Assembly: GCA_001929475.1 (NCBI GenBank)
Contig: LXFE01000243.1
Span: 1-64,000, forward strand
DNA length: 64,000 nucleotides
Source: Neolecta irregularis DAH-3
Lineage: Eukaryota
Direction of reading: 5' to 3'
The notes beneath the pieces were generated by a model that saw nothing but the letters and a program-made list of their open reading frames with translations, did no database searches and was not told the DNA's origin. The translations under genes were made by a program, and so were the position numbers. Of this stretch, positions 1-12,380 are shown in pieces. Within the stretch, counting starts at the first letter, position 1; each line of letters opens with the position of its first letter.

Positions 1-167
1 CCGCCGCAGCGGTACACCTCGAGGCGGTTGGTGCGGCTGCCGTCAGCTGCGGGCTAGGATTGGGCATACGCAACAACCAGCACCGGCGGCTCCCCGGCGC
101 CGCCCAGGCTCGCCACAAGCGCGTGCCGCGTCGATGTCGCCGGGTGTGCGGCCGCAACGTAGGCCAT
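1..167 (-). CDS. DDB1: DNA damage-binding protein 1 (CUL4 adaptor), 5' end, runs off the window
   Basis: ATG at 167 and a 33-nt GT-AG intron (69-37) give MAYVAAAHPATSTRHALVASLGGAGEPPVLVVARTNRLEVYRCG, matching the fungal DDB1 N-terminus (MAY..H.P.S.RHA...LVVAK.NRLEI). Confidence 0.8.
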
Positions 168-347
168 GCGCGGTGGGCTGTTCGGGTCGGGTGGCGGTTA
201 GGGTTCGGGCCGCAGTTTGGGTCGCAGTTCGGGCTGCGGGTAGCAGTTGGGGTTCGAACCGATCTGCGCACGTGACCGTGCTCCTGCCGCGCCCTGCTGG
301 CCGCACGCGCTGCCTCCTTCTCCCCGCCCCCCTCTGTCCACCCGCAC

Positions 348-1097
348 ATGGCCACAAAGGCACGCCCCTCCCCGCAATTGCTCTGACTCCCGCAGAACTT
401 TATCCGCGAGTACAAGCTGGTCGTCGTCGGCGACGGAGGTGCCTGCCCCTGCTCGCCGTCCTCACCTTCTAGGCGTCGGCAAGTCCTGCCTGACCATCCA
501 GCTGATCCAGTCGCACTTTGTCGACGAATACGATCCCACCATCGAGGACTCGTACCGCAAACAGTGTCTCATCGACGACGAGACCGCCCTCCTCGACGTC
601 CTCGACACCGCCGGCCAGGAAGAGTATTCGGCCATGCGCGAACAGTACATGCGCACAGGCGAGGGCTTCCTGCTCGTCTACTCCATCACAAGCAGAACAA
701 GCTTTGAGGAGATTTCCACCTTCCAGCAGCAGATCCTCAGAGTAAAGGACAAGGACTATTTCCCCATGATCGTCGTCGCAAACAAGTGCGATCTCGAGGA
801 CGAAAGACAGGTCTCCGTCCAGGGTTCCTCCCCTCTCTCCTCCTAGCCTGATCCCTCAGAGGGCCGCGATCTCGCAAGAGAGTTCGGCTGCAAATTCGTA
901 GAAACCTCTGCAAAATCAAGAATAAACGTCGACGAAGCCTTTCACAACCTCGTCCGCGAAATTCGTCGCTACAACAAAGTACCCTCCCCTCCTCTCCCTG
1001 CTAACCCCAGGAACAATCAGATTCACGCGCAAACGGCTCTGCCGCACACGATGATGGAACTTCCTCGGCTTGCTGCTCCGGTTGTATTGTGATGTAA
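348..1097 (+). CDS. RAS1: Ras small GTPase
   Basis: 5 exons; introns 360-395 (GC-AG), 439-472, 824-859, 979-1010. Motifs [40 protein letters not shown]-terminal CCSGCIVM CaaX. Confidence 0.98.
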
Positions 1098-1533
1098 TCC
1101 TTCTTCTCTTTTGGATCTCGATGTTTGGTTTTCCCCTTGTTATCATTCAATGGAGTAATCGCTATGCTTTGGACGCCGCCTCCTATTTCTATTCATTTAA
1201 TACCTCTCTCTGTCTCCAGTATTTCTATATACCAGAATTCCAATCATCTTCCTCCGTCTTATTGTATGATTGAACAAGATTGATTTTGATTTTGTTTGAT
1301 TGTTATATTTCCTTTACTTTGTAGAGTCGTCTTCACCAATATTCATTCAATTCACACTTGGTCTAGTTTACATCACTACTTCATTTCTAATGAATCATGT
1401 CTTTGCATGTCAAACACTGGATATACGCCGAGGTCGGTAGAGAAAAATTGCACCCTCAACACTACATAAATTTCTAGAAAGCACTAGTACGTATACAAAT
1501 TGCAACAAACATCATCTGCCTCCCATTCTATCC

Positions 1534-2907
1534 TCAAGTATCATCGCTGGTTCTAATGATTATATCATTGGCGAAATCAGTTCGTAATCGGGTGTTGCTT
1601 AGTTTAGATTGAAAATCACTGGATTGCTGGTCCTTCCCATATACATCAGAGACCATGATTGCCATAAGATCGCGAAAGAATGGCATAGAACTTCTCGGTA
1701 AACGATTCTTTTGAGGTTTGGATTGATCAGGATGCATGAGTATGTCTACCACCTTTACAACAAGGTTTAACAAAATTTCATCGACACTACGAGGGTTTGC
1801 ACGGAGGGGTTTAGGAGGCTCGATAGAATATGTGTAGCCAAGGTCAGTCGTAAATTTTAAAAAGACTTCCGGGTAATGTGCGAAAAGTTGATCCCGTATA
1901 TCTTGGGGCACTTCAGGTGGATAAATAGCGATTACGCGTGCGGAATGGTTAGCAGACCCACGGCCCCATATGATAATATAGTGTCCGGGGGTAGGGAAAC
2001 CAATGAGTAGTTGCATATCTTTTTCTTCGAAAATTAAACACCGAGAGCTCTCATAAAAATGAGTAGTAATGCCTTCACGAATATTCCCGCCGAATATTTG
2101 TAGAAAAGTCAATGCCATAAAGCGAAGGCACTCTGGGGAAGAGCAACTTTTCGAAGGCACGGTCCATGAAGCTAGGTCCGACCTAATCATTTCAATAGCC
2201 TTGTTTTCTCCGACTTCCTGAAATATTTTGAGGCGTTTGGTTCTTCGCTCTTCATTTTTGGTGCGTAGTTGGTCTAGAGCGTTTGCAGTTGACAGAACAA
2301 CATTCTCAAAATTTAATGCCTTCTGTTGGGTGGGGTGCATCGCAATGTCCCTGCACGAGAGTAAAAGAGGGAGGAAGAGAGTTTCTCTCGTCTCTGAATC
2401 GAATACTGAAGCTCCCCCATATTTTTCTAAAATATCATTGGCCCACTTTTCTCCTGATTCATCTTTCATATCAAGAGATTTCATATCGAGAGACATATCT
2501 TTGAGAGAAAATGTTCGTCGTTCTTGTTCACGAATACTAGAATATCAGACTTTCCATTCAATTGCAGGTGCTTACTTATAAACTGCTTGCGGAGCTACAA
2601 ATGGAACACCCGGCTGCGCAACAATCTCTGATGAAGAGGTGTCAAATTTCAGACATGAGAAAGCACGGTTTATGTTTGTTACGATAAACGACTTGCACCT
2701 ATACTGACTTAAGTAGCATTGCTCTGCACATATGGCTGTTGCAACTTCTTCACGCATCTTTTCCACCCGCCACGGTATCTCCACTGGATTCGGAAAAACC
2801 GAATTTTGTCCAAAATCCATCATGGATTTATCGAAATAATGGAGATAAGATGCAGCGCAAATAACGGTCGCATGAAGTACGATCAGCCAGAAGAGCTTTG
2901 ACAACAT
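1534..2907 (-). CDS. Putative secreted protein with Cys-rich PAN/apple-like N-terminal domain and unknown C-terminal domain
   Basis: Signal-peptide-like MLSKLFWLIVLHATVICAA; CAEQCYLSQYRCKSF...CLKF pattern; a 39-nt GT-AG intron (2575-2537) joins the 111-aa and 320-aa ORFs in frame. Confidence 0.7.
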
Positions 2908-3467
2908 AATATAGGTTAAGCTGACTCGCTTGAGGGAAGGTTAGGGTTTCAGGTTGTCGTTCCTTCGTGGGCTACAGGTCTGCTATTTAATAAGAAAAGA
3001 AAAGCCTTGTTTTCTCTATGACTCTTGAGACACCCAAAGGCGCTTGGCGTTCGGGTTACGGTGAAACTTTCCCAAAAAGACCAATGGCTGACTCTTTTTC
3101 AGCACGAATCTTCTGAATGTGGGCATTGTGGGAAAATGCTATTTGAGGGTGAATTTAGGAAACTTTCTGATCCGGAAAGTACTTGTTGGAATTTCTGTAT
3201 TGTTTCAAAAGAATATAATTAACGAGTCATTCGAAAACAGGAGAGATGGGTCAAGTTGATAAGAAGGGAAAATAGACTGAATACCAGACTGCCGAAAAGG
3301 CTGACCAATATAAATGGCTTACAGACCAAAGAGACTGAATACCAGACGACTAAATATAATAGCTAATAAAGTACTCAGTACATCTTGCGGATAAAGTCGA
3401 GCTGGTTTGATGGGGTCGAGGAGCACACGTGAAGGCCAAACCCTCCACACTCCGCGGTCGGCCCGCT

Positions 3468-5034
3468 ATGATGCTGAACGCCCTTTATACCTTTATGACA
3501 AGCCCTTATATACTGCTCTGGGTGGTTCTTTCGCTAGCGAGCAATCGCGCACTTGTGTATGCAGCTGTCCATCGCCGTGTTGAGCTTTCTGTGGTTTCGC
3601 GCTTGATATTGCGGCTGCCCCCTGTTATTCTGCAGCTGCATGCGCTTGGCCGGTTTACGAAGAAGCAGCAGCACATGGACCGTCTCTTATGTGATTCTTC
3701 CATGTTTTGGGATGCCTATACGGCTGTTGTGGCGGTATGCGCCTGGTTATCGGCTATGCTCACCGCCAGGGCGCTTTTATCGGTCAGTTGAGCGATGTGC
3801 TGACTCGTTCAACTCTCCCTTCTGCAGGCCTCGGCTTGTTTGAATATTCGTATGTTCCCTTTGCATTTCTGGCCTGATGGAGCAAGGCTGTTTTTTTATG
3901 AAGCCGAAATCAGTCCAACACGGCCAACCTGCCTCATGACCGCCTTGCTCCTCTGTTCCTCAGTGCTCAAACAACTGACTTCGGTCATCGGTCTTTCCCG
4001 CTACTCGGCATATTTCCCCTTCGCTGTTTCGATGTTACTGATCTCCTGTAGCTCATCCCCTCCGCCCTCACCTTAGTTCCCACACTGGGATATTATCTCT
4101 ATATCGCCCTCTCCCTCGGTCCGTTTGTCTTCCCATCTATTCTCAGCATTGCATTCCTCCCACTTCTTCTCTCTGCATTCATCCTCGCAACGTGCCTTTC
4201 AATAAACACCTTTTCCCGAATCTTCACCTCCAGCCTACAAATATCTCCGCGCCGCTTCGTCTTTCCTATAGACCAAGAACTCAGCGCATCTCTTTTGCGT
4301 AATGGATTGCTGGCACTACTCTCTACTGAAGAATCTGGACTTCTCCGCGAAACAGATCCTATTTCGGCCGCTTTCATGACCCTCTCCCATCCTTTTGAAA
4401 CGGAACAAATGAGTTTTGCCGATATTCCCAAACCAGATATGCTAAAGCGTTATCGACCCTCAATATCTCTCTTTTTACAGATATATAGATTCTTTAAATA
4501 CCAGGTGAGTCCAAATGCTCTACCCATGATATCCCCCATCGACTCGGACTCGGAATTTTCGCCCGATTCTAGCGACACTGATTCGATAGTTTCAACTCAT
4601 CCCGACGAATCAGAGCCATCCCTCGGAGAACTCTTCTCTAAACCCGACGATTTGAAATTTCTCGTCAGTGAAGATACAAGTCTAATTCTACGCTCTCACC
4701 TTGAAAACAGCAAAGTTACAACCCGCTCAAAATATAAATCTGCAGCCTCGAAAACAGTCACGCAACAAGATTTATTCAGCCTTGTTTCTTCGCGCATTTC
4801 TCCTCAAAAAGGAGTAAGCGCACGACCCTGCGTAGTTTGCTACGCCAATGACCGAGAAATAATTCTGTTTCCATGCCGGTATTAACCCCCTCTTTCACCC
4901 TCATCTTGATTACCTCCTATAGATGTCTCGCTTTATGCGATGAGTGTAGACAAAATCTCGCGCTGAGAAGTTGGACAGTTTGTCCTTGTTGTAGACGTTC
5001 CGTCACCAGTTTTGCAAGAATTTTCTGCCCATAA
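3468..5034 (+). CDS. ASI3: Asi1/Asi3-like membrane RING E3 ubiquitin ligase
   Basis: N-terminal TM segments (FMTSPYILLWVVLSLASNRALVYAAVHRR); spliced C-terminal RING CVVCYANDREIILFPCR|CLALCDECRQNLALRSWTVCPCCRRSV; multi-exon. Confidence 0.8.
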
Positions 5035-5355
5035 TATGTATTTTCTTTCTCTATTGTATTGCTGCATTGCAAGGTGTTTGGATTTTGTTTCAGTGTAAAC
5101 CTCCTTGTTTTGAAATCGTTAAATGGGGGAGTAAGTATAAAAGGGATAAATTATATTTCTATTCCAACTGATAAAAGATTGAACTATTCGCCGTGTACAA
5201 GAACCAAAATAAAATAAAAAATGAACGTATGCGAACAGCGAAAGCGATACAGTTGAACCATCTCGGCCCATCCAAAACTCCAAAAAAAGAATGACCCGTA
5301 AAAACATACGGAAGGAATCAAGAGGCCCAAAGATGAGAAATGTGTGGAAAAAGTG

Positions 5356-5815
5356 CTACTTGTGGTGAGTGAAAGATGTGGTGATCGGTGCAAGGAGACG
5401 CTGGTTTAGATCGCGCAGGTAAGTTACTTGATTGACGAATTGTTGTAATTCGGCCATCTCCTCATCAGTCATATACGCCGCCTCACTTTCTTCAAATTCT
5501 TCTTCATCTTGGCTTTGGCCATTGACTCCTCCTTGTTCCACGTACATTTCGGCTTCTGGTAACATCAACTCGGGCACGTCTTGGAACATGAGACTTGACA
5601 TCCCTGGACTTGGCGAGTCCATGACAGTCTCAACGGGACTTGCGGATGTATCCAGATTGCGTATGCGTACTAGTTGCATCTCGAAATTCGGTACTGGATA
5701 TCGAAGTCTACCTGGTTTGGGAAGACCGACGTGCCATGTATGATATTTTGCAGTTCGAAAGGAAGGTGAAAGTGAATGGTGATCGAATACTGTCGTATCT
5801 TGCTCGTCAATTGAA
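5356..5815 (-). CDS. Hypothetical protein, main exon (5' exons uncertain)
   Basis: Open frame of about 150 codons with an acidic stretch (QDEEEFEESEAAYMTDEEMAELQQFVNQ); no recognisable family. Confidence 0.45.
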
Positions 5816-6822
5816 TTCCCACAAGGGATGATATACCATCACTCGAACATTGAACAATGGAAAGAAATCTAGAAAATGGAAAAGTTGTCATCTTTTAAGA
5901 AATCGAAATTAATTTGACTCTCTCGAATAACTCAGCTATTCTTGGCACCTGTAAGCTGGGCTGGATATTTGAACTTGTTGTATTTCAATATGTTGGGGAA
6001 ACGAGTATCGGGTGTAAAGAAAGAGGTAATATATAGGAGACTTGGAGAGCCATTTGGCGGGTAGGCTTATCCTTTTGTCGCACCTTGTTGCCTGCATTCA
6101 TTAGTGCATGACGCCGGTGTTTGGAATGTATTATAATGTGGAATTGTCTTGAGGTACGCTAACCCCAAATCAAGTTCTTTCTCCTGTTTCTTACTCTCTT
6201 TCACGCAGATTGTATATCATATTTTAAAGTACGCAGATATCTCTCAATTGTCAAATTTAGTATATCCCAGATCGTAGACAAATTTGGAGAGGGTATTAAG
6301 AGAAAACACGGGGAATATGTTTAAAGAGATTTGAATTTAACGATTGTCGTGTTAAATTCGCAAACCCAAATTAACTGAACATGATAAAGCTATCAAGGCA
6401 CATCATTGTTACAAGAGAGGCAAATTCAGATTACCTAAAAGCATCAATTGACGGCACCAGATTCTGGGCTTTGTCATGGAAAGACTTGAAATAGCCGATA
6501 ACGTGATAAAGCGGCTAGTTGATTTTCGCACATTCCTTCCAGAATAACAAGAATAGATATTTATACAACTGAGCCAAAGAGAACGGTTGAAATGATCAAG
6601 TAACAAAACAATGATTTACGCAACCTGTTCAGAAATGCTGGCGTAATATTCTTGAAACTCTGCGAAAATCACGATTAAAAGGACTAACCTGCAAACGACA
6701 ACCTGCAAACTGGAAAAAAAAATCGATAAGATATCCTTGACTAGAAAAGAAAAACGAAAACGGAAAAAACAATAGTCCATTGATCCAGTGTAAGAAACGA
6801 AAAGTAACGAAAAAAAGAACGC

Positions 6823-7741
6823 CTAAGAGCGACAGTGACTCCACGCTAAAATCGGTTTAGCCGAAAAAGGGGAAAGGAAGGGTAGAATACAAGGTAAACC
6901 GCAGCCGAACCCGATGATAATATAGAATAGAAATATAGCTGAGATCACCATGAGTACCATCAATCGAGTATTCTTCCACCACCTATGGCATGAGAAGGGA
7001 AGAAACTGGACGGGATAGAGATTACATTTGTCTTCGTAGAGTGGTACTTCGATTTCGAAATGCAAACGCTTGGGTATTCAAGTTGTCTGTCTTATTAACC
7101 AATAAATCAATACGTTCGCCTCGTTCCAAGACTCCCTATTCAGTCAGTTTTGGTTAAATGTAAATAATACCTCGATATTCTGTACCATGACTTGTTTAAC
7201 TTGATCGATTTCGTCCCTGATGTGTTTAGTTGAATCTCCGGGACATCCTCTTTCCGCCCATTGGGTTCGTTCGCAGATTTGTTTATTAAATTCAGCGAGA
7301 CCATAGACTGGGGCTGCTGCTATTTGGCTGGGAGTGTATGACTTCGTGAAGCGGTGTTGAATGTCTGATAAAAGAGTAAATGGGATTCGACGACCAAGGC
7401 TTTCGGATGAGATGCAGAGGTAAGTTATTTCTGATGCGGTGATATAGTGAACGAGATTGGACTTGTAAATGTACGTCTACCACGTCAACAGAATCCGAAA
7501 GTGATTAGTAATAAGTAATAGAATAAGTGACCAAGGCTTTGTATATATCTTGATTTATGGCATTAATCCCATCAAGTCCTCCATTCAAGGAAATCGAAAA
7601 ACATACCAATTTCCCATCTTTATTTGGAATTTTGTCCAACAAAATCGAAATGACGCTTTCCAAATCTTCGCCTTGAGGATTTTTATATTCGGCAAGAACT
7701 ATTGAATCGCGTGCGATTAGAACGTGATGAATAGCCGACAT
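6823..7741 (-). CDS. VAMP7: Longin R-SNARE (VAMP7/Nyv1-like)
   Basis: Longin start MSAIHHVLIARDSIVLAEY; SNARE motif DEIDQVKQVMVQNIE..LERGERIDLLVNKTDNL; C-terminal TM after WWKN; multi-exon. Confidence 0.92.
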
Positions 7742-8123
7742 TGTGGGTTGTCGATTGACGAGGACGGAGGTCACCCCTCGTTCGTGATAATGGTGACCTT
7801 GACGGATACATAAATTCTAGACCAAAGTGATGGAAAACAATACTATTAAATCCTTGATGAGAGCATTCTATGTTTGTGATGTGTCGTATTGAACAGAGTT
7901 GTATGATAAGGAGTAACTAAAGCGAGAGATCCCAAAAAGACCGTGGTAAGATTTGAATCTTGCGAGTTCTTGCTCAAAACAAGCTGAGAAAATTCAATTT
8001 TGTATACAAGAACTGTCAAGAATAGTCACAAAGATAGACATACTTGTACCTGTTTCTTGAGAGGACAACCGAAAGAAACAAACCCGAGCACGTGATTTCA
8101 GCTACTGGACGACATCGAAGCAC

Positions 8124-9256
8124 ATGAACGAAGAAGACGAATTTTTGTATGGGGGTGAAGGTGAAGATTATGAGCAGACGAATCTCACAAAAGATACAAG
8201 GTCTGAGACTCTGGAAGTCGCGGTGATGGGAAATGAAACGGGAGAGGAAGGGGGAATTGAATCGGACAGCGATTCGGGATGAGGTGGGGAGAAGGTGTAT
8301 GGACTAATAGGGTAGGATCTTGAAGTTATTATTGACTTGGATGCGGGGAAGAAGGCAGAACCTCCCAGCCAGCAAGCGTAATATTTGTGTATGGCGGGGA
8401 AATGGACTGATGGGACAGGCGGCCTGGGATCCGAATGGTCCGGCCTGATGCGAGTGGAGCAAAAGCGGCGGTGAAGCAAACAGGCAAGGATGTGTGGAGG
8501 GGAGAATGCTTACGGGCAAGAAGCGGTGAGAGCGGTGACGCCGCCTCCGGGAGTGGAGATTGACCGTGTGGGGATGCTTGAGGCCAAGGAGATTACCACA
8601 CTTAATCTTGAGGAGCTGGAAGAGAAGGGATGGCGCAAGCCGGGTAGGCGAGGCGGCGGGTGAGCTGTGGCTGACGGGACAGGTGCGGATATTACTGATT
8701 TTTTCAACTATGGGTTTGATGAATTTACGTGGGCGGCATACTGTTCAAAGCAGGCGGCAGTGCGGCAGGACTACAATCCAGGCAAGATCATGGCGGTATG
8801 TGGTGCCGGGGCGCATGGGTGCTGAGCGGGACAGGGCATGTATGGGATGGATGCGGGGATGATGATGGGCGGGATGCCGGGCGATCTGCATGCAATGATG
8901 GCAGGCGGCTATCCCGCGATGCACGGCGACATGATGATGCGCCCACCAGATATGTTTGGCCCGCAAATGCAGATGCAGCCAGGCGTGGGTGTGGGTGTGG
9001 GTGTGGGTATGGGTATGGGCGTGGGACCTGGGCGCGGGATAGCACCGCCACAGGCACCCCCACCCGCGGCGGTGGCTGGTGCAGAGAAAGCCGGGGTGCG
9101 ACAACCCAGTGGCGAGTGCAGACTGACGGCCAGGACTCGACGCCACAGGGCCCGCCGTCCTTCTTTGGCACCGACTTTAGCGGAGTGCCCACTGGCCCCT
9201 CTGCAAAGGCGCCTCGTGGTCCTCGTGGCCGCAGAGGGCGCTTCCCGCAGCCATAG
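8124..9256 (+). CDS. FIP1: Pre-mRNA polyadenylation factor Fip1
   Basis: [10 protein letters not shown] start; spliced Fip1 motif [30 protein letters not shown]; Met/Gly/Pro-rich C-terminus ending [22 protein letters not shown]. Confidence 0.92.
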
Positions 9257-9299
9257 CAGCCTGTATGCTATATAGCCGGTTCTCCCCTTGTCCTTCCTT

Positions 9300-9510
9300 C
9301 CCCCACCACCATCTCGTAGTCCATCCTATCTCATCCATCAGCATCTATCTAATACCTATCTCATCCATCAGCATCCATCTAATACCCATCCGGCCCATCA
9401 CATCGTCTAGGCCCATCCATCCACATCCCCATCTTCTGATCATCAGGTATCATCTAATCCCATCCGGCCCATACACATCCTTTAATACGCATACACCTCA
9501 TCTAATCCCC
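9300..9510. repeat. Degenerate ~30-bp CATC-rich tandem repeat
   Basis: cctatctcatccatcagcatc(t/c)atctaata at 9325-9354 and 9355-9384, with decayed copies downstream. Confidence 0.7.
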
Positions 9511-9523
9511 TGCAGCCATCCCC

Positions 9524-10463
9524 ATGCCTCCCTGCACTCGCTCAAAGACCGCCCCCTCGCTCAAACGCAGACGCACAACCTCTGCAGATCCTCCCTCCAA
9601 CCATTCCCTCTCAAAAAGATCAAGGTCGCTCCATTCTGCTCCCAAATCTGACATCCCCAGCTCAATTTCCCCCACAAAGCGCCCAAAAAAGCCCACCTCT
9701 ACCCAATTCCATGCATCTCCCCTGTACCTCTCTCGTCCTTATCTCTAGACTCATATCATCGACCGCCTCTTCGCCACTTGTACCGTCCATGATACAAACA
9801 TTATGGTTTATAGTAGATGCCGATCGTGAAGCCGATCTGATACCCCCCGATGGTTTCCAGACTCTCTGCCAAGACCTGCAAATCGACCTCGAGACCGTAT
9901 TCCCACACTTCCTTTCCACTCCTCTCTGACCATAGCCCGACCCAATCGTCATGTCCTATAAACTGTTCAACGCATCAGATCTCTGCTACATAACGCACCT
10001 CGAATGGTCCAAAGCGTTGACTACAAATCAGTACATGCCCCTCCTGCACACTGCCAACTTTGTTAGAATAGATTCCCTCGATACATTGAAAAATCGCCTT
10101 GCTGAATTTACAACACTCGATCCAGACCATTTGGGCGACTTTTACAAATCCCTATTCAACATCGCAAAACCAAACAATCTAAAATCCCTAGATCTGGAGA
10201 CCGCTATCCCTATTCTTTCCCTCCTTCCTCAAATCCGCCCTGTCCCTCATCTCGAATCGTTCATTGCATTCCTCACAGTATCCCCCCTTCTATGCAAAAC
10301 CTAACTTTAGGTAAAACAACCAGTCAAAGCCCTGAATAGGGATCAATGGAATTGTTTCTGGGAATTCTCAAAAAGCATGGACCCTTCATTCGTCGGGTAC
10401 AATATCGAAACAAGTGCATGGCCGACCTTGTTTGACGAATTTGTCGATTGGCTAAAACAGTAA
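9524..10463 (+). CDS. DCN1: DCN1-like cullin neddylation factor
   Basis: DLIPPDGFQTLCQDLQIDLET, KSLDLETAI, KALNRDQWNCFWEFS, SAWPTLFDEFVDW (cullin-binding PONY domain); several short introns. Confidence 0.88.
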
Positions 10464-10728
10464 ACATTAATCTTTTGCTTTGGTGTGTAGAGGTAAGGTT
10501 AGATCACGTCTGTTTATGACTTCATTCAGCATCGGATAACGTCGCATTCGTATCTTGTTCATGCGTATACAATCTGGCAAAAAATAACCGAAAACTAAAC
10601 CGAAAACAGTCTCCCAAAACTACAAAGCGGCAAACTTAAATCCAACTATGCTAAATCATCTACGGAATCATTACATCATCTATAAAAAATGCTAGAAACC
10701 CCATCACTCCAATGCCATAAAAATGATA

Positions 10729-12380
10729 TTACTGACCGGATACGATATCCATGTCAGGCGAGATAACGGGGACAACAGAATGCTCATGTCCAATCTCAAC
10801 CAAAACACGATCCTCAAATCCTGCAATGACGTCTTCCCAATCAACACACATAAGATACCGTTCACTCGGAAACCTGGCCTCGTTTTCCAGCAACCGCAAA
10901 GCCCGTTTCTTGATATGATTTTCAAGCCAAAGCAGCATATCGCCTTTGAGAAAATTCACATCGCCTCGAGCGTTGACATCTTTCAACCACGGGACTTCTG
11001 CCCGAAGGAAATTCGCATCAAGTGAAAGTTCAGAGAGCGCAGTATATCGAGTCACTGGGTTCGCTTCATCTCTGTAGTAGCGAGAAATATAAGCGGTGAC
11101 AATATCCACTGTACTCTGAAAAGCAGGTGGGTACGACCCAAACGTGCATGTAAACAATTCGCTTGAAATGGTCCGAATCTTGCGTTCGAGGAATAAACCT
11201 CCTCGGGTAATCAGCCCGCGGATATTGTTTGGTAAACAGGGGCACAATTTGTGATTTGCAACAGCGACATGATTCGAAATAGCGTGAACGGCGGCTTCCT
11301 TGAACAACACTGGGTTTCTAGTATAATCCGAGATAATCAAACACTGAATACTTCCTTCTGTATTATTAACCAGTTCTGCGAGAACATGCGTGAGATGGTA
11401 ATAGTGTAACAGTTGATGAGGAATTACTTCACATTTCAACGTATAACCAATTTCAAAGAACGCATGGATTTCCGAAAACTTTCGACTCGATACTATCGAT
11501 CCGCCAAAAATCACAGTAATCAGGTTTTTAAACCCGGTTTCTAGGATATCTGCCCAATCTGAATATACTTCACGAAATGTTTTATCGACGGGGATCTTTT
11601 CGTCGGGAAGACCAGCCGATGAAAGAACTAGCGAATCTCCTTTAAACCATACGTCGATTGCAAAATCAATGCTTTTCGCTGGTATGAATTTCTCTAGGAC
11701 TGTGGATTTTTTGCGAAGAATGGATGATTGGAGATGATATTCTGATTGCGACGAGGCGAATACCAAAGAAACGTCGGCGTGAGCATAATAAGTCGCCAGC
11801 TCACCTTCTGGTTTTCGAACGGTGAGGGTAGTTGTATCTACTTCGTCGACAGTAGTTTCAGTGTTAAATGACATTGTTTGCGAAAAGATACTTGCGTGGT
11901 CTTTGCAGATCAGTAAACATTAGAGTCAGAAAGATAACCTATGCTTGATACCCCTTTTGGAGAGGTTCCCCTCGCTTCAAGGGCCTCGATGAGCGCTTTA
12001 GACGACGTTGGACAAGTAGGAGATGATTCTGGATTGAGACAGGGAAAAATAGGCGAGTATTCCTTTTTAGGAGGAATGATGGAGGGATCTTCAACAGGCG
12101 AGGTCAATGCTTTAGTCGAATAGACCGCGTCGGTGTCTAGTTCCTGGTCGAGACCGGACGATGGCACAAAGTCTTCAACGAGCGATTTAATAGCAAGAGA
12201 TCCAATGCCGGATCCCGATTCTCGAGGTGTAAAGGGAACCGCGACTGCGTCTCGTTTGCTCAAATATTCGATCCTTTGCCGTGTCGCCCTTGGAGTTTCG
12301 GCTACGTCGTTTAATATACGTGGACTTGTGGAAACGGATTTGAATTCACGTAACACGTTTGGCGAGTCTGCGATAGACAC
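10729..12380 (-). CDS. BTB/POZ-like domain protein (5' end uncertain)
   Basis: 381-aa exon with ADVSLVF..EYHLQSSILRKKS and LFKEAAVH (fungal BTB-like), joined in frame by an intron near 11901-11938 to the upstream 156-aa low-complexity exon. Confidence 0.55.

Noticed and set aside
420-480. Ras GDGG as an activating G12D-type allele
   Set aside because: The Asp aligns to position 11, as in wild-type fission-yeast Ras1; G12 and G13 are intact.
2938-2950. GGGTTAGGGTT telomere-like motif (similar ones near 196 and 48075)
   Set aside because: Only 1-2 units; could be promoter telo-boxes but cannot be distinguished from chance.
3274-3348. 16-bp direct repeat AGACTGAATACCAGAC
   Set aside because: Isolated short duplication with no TIR, TSD or other supporting structure.
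8983-9025. (GGTGTG)n tract as telomeric or microsatellite DNA
   Set aside because: Encodes Gly-Val/Gly-Met repeats within FIP1.
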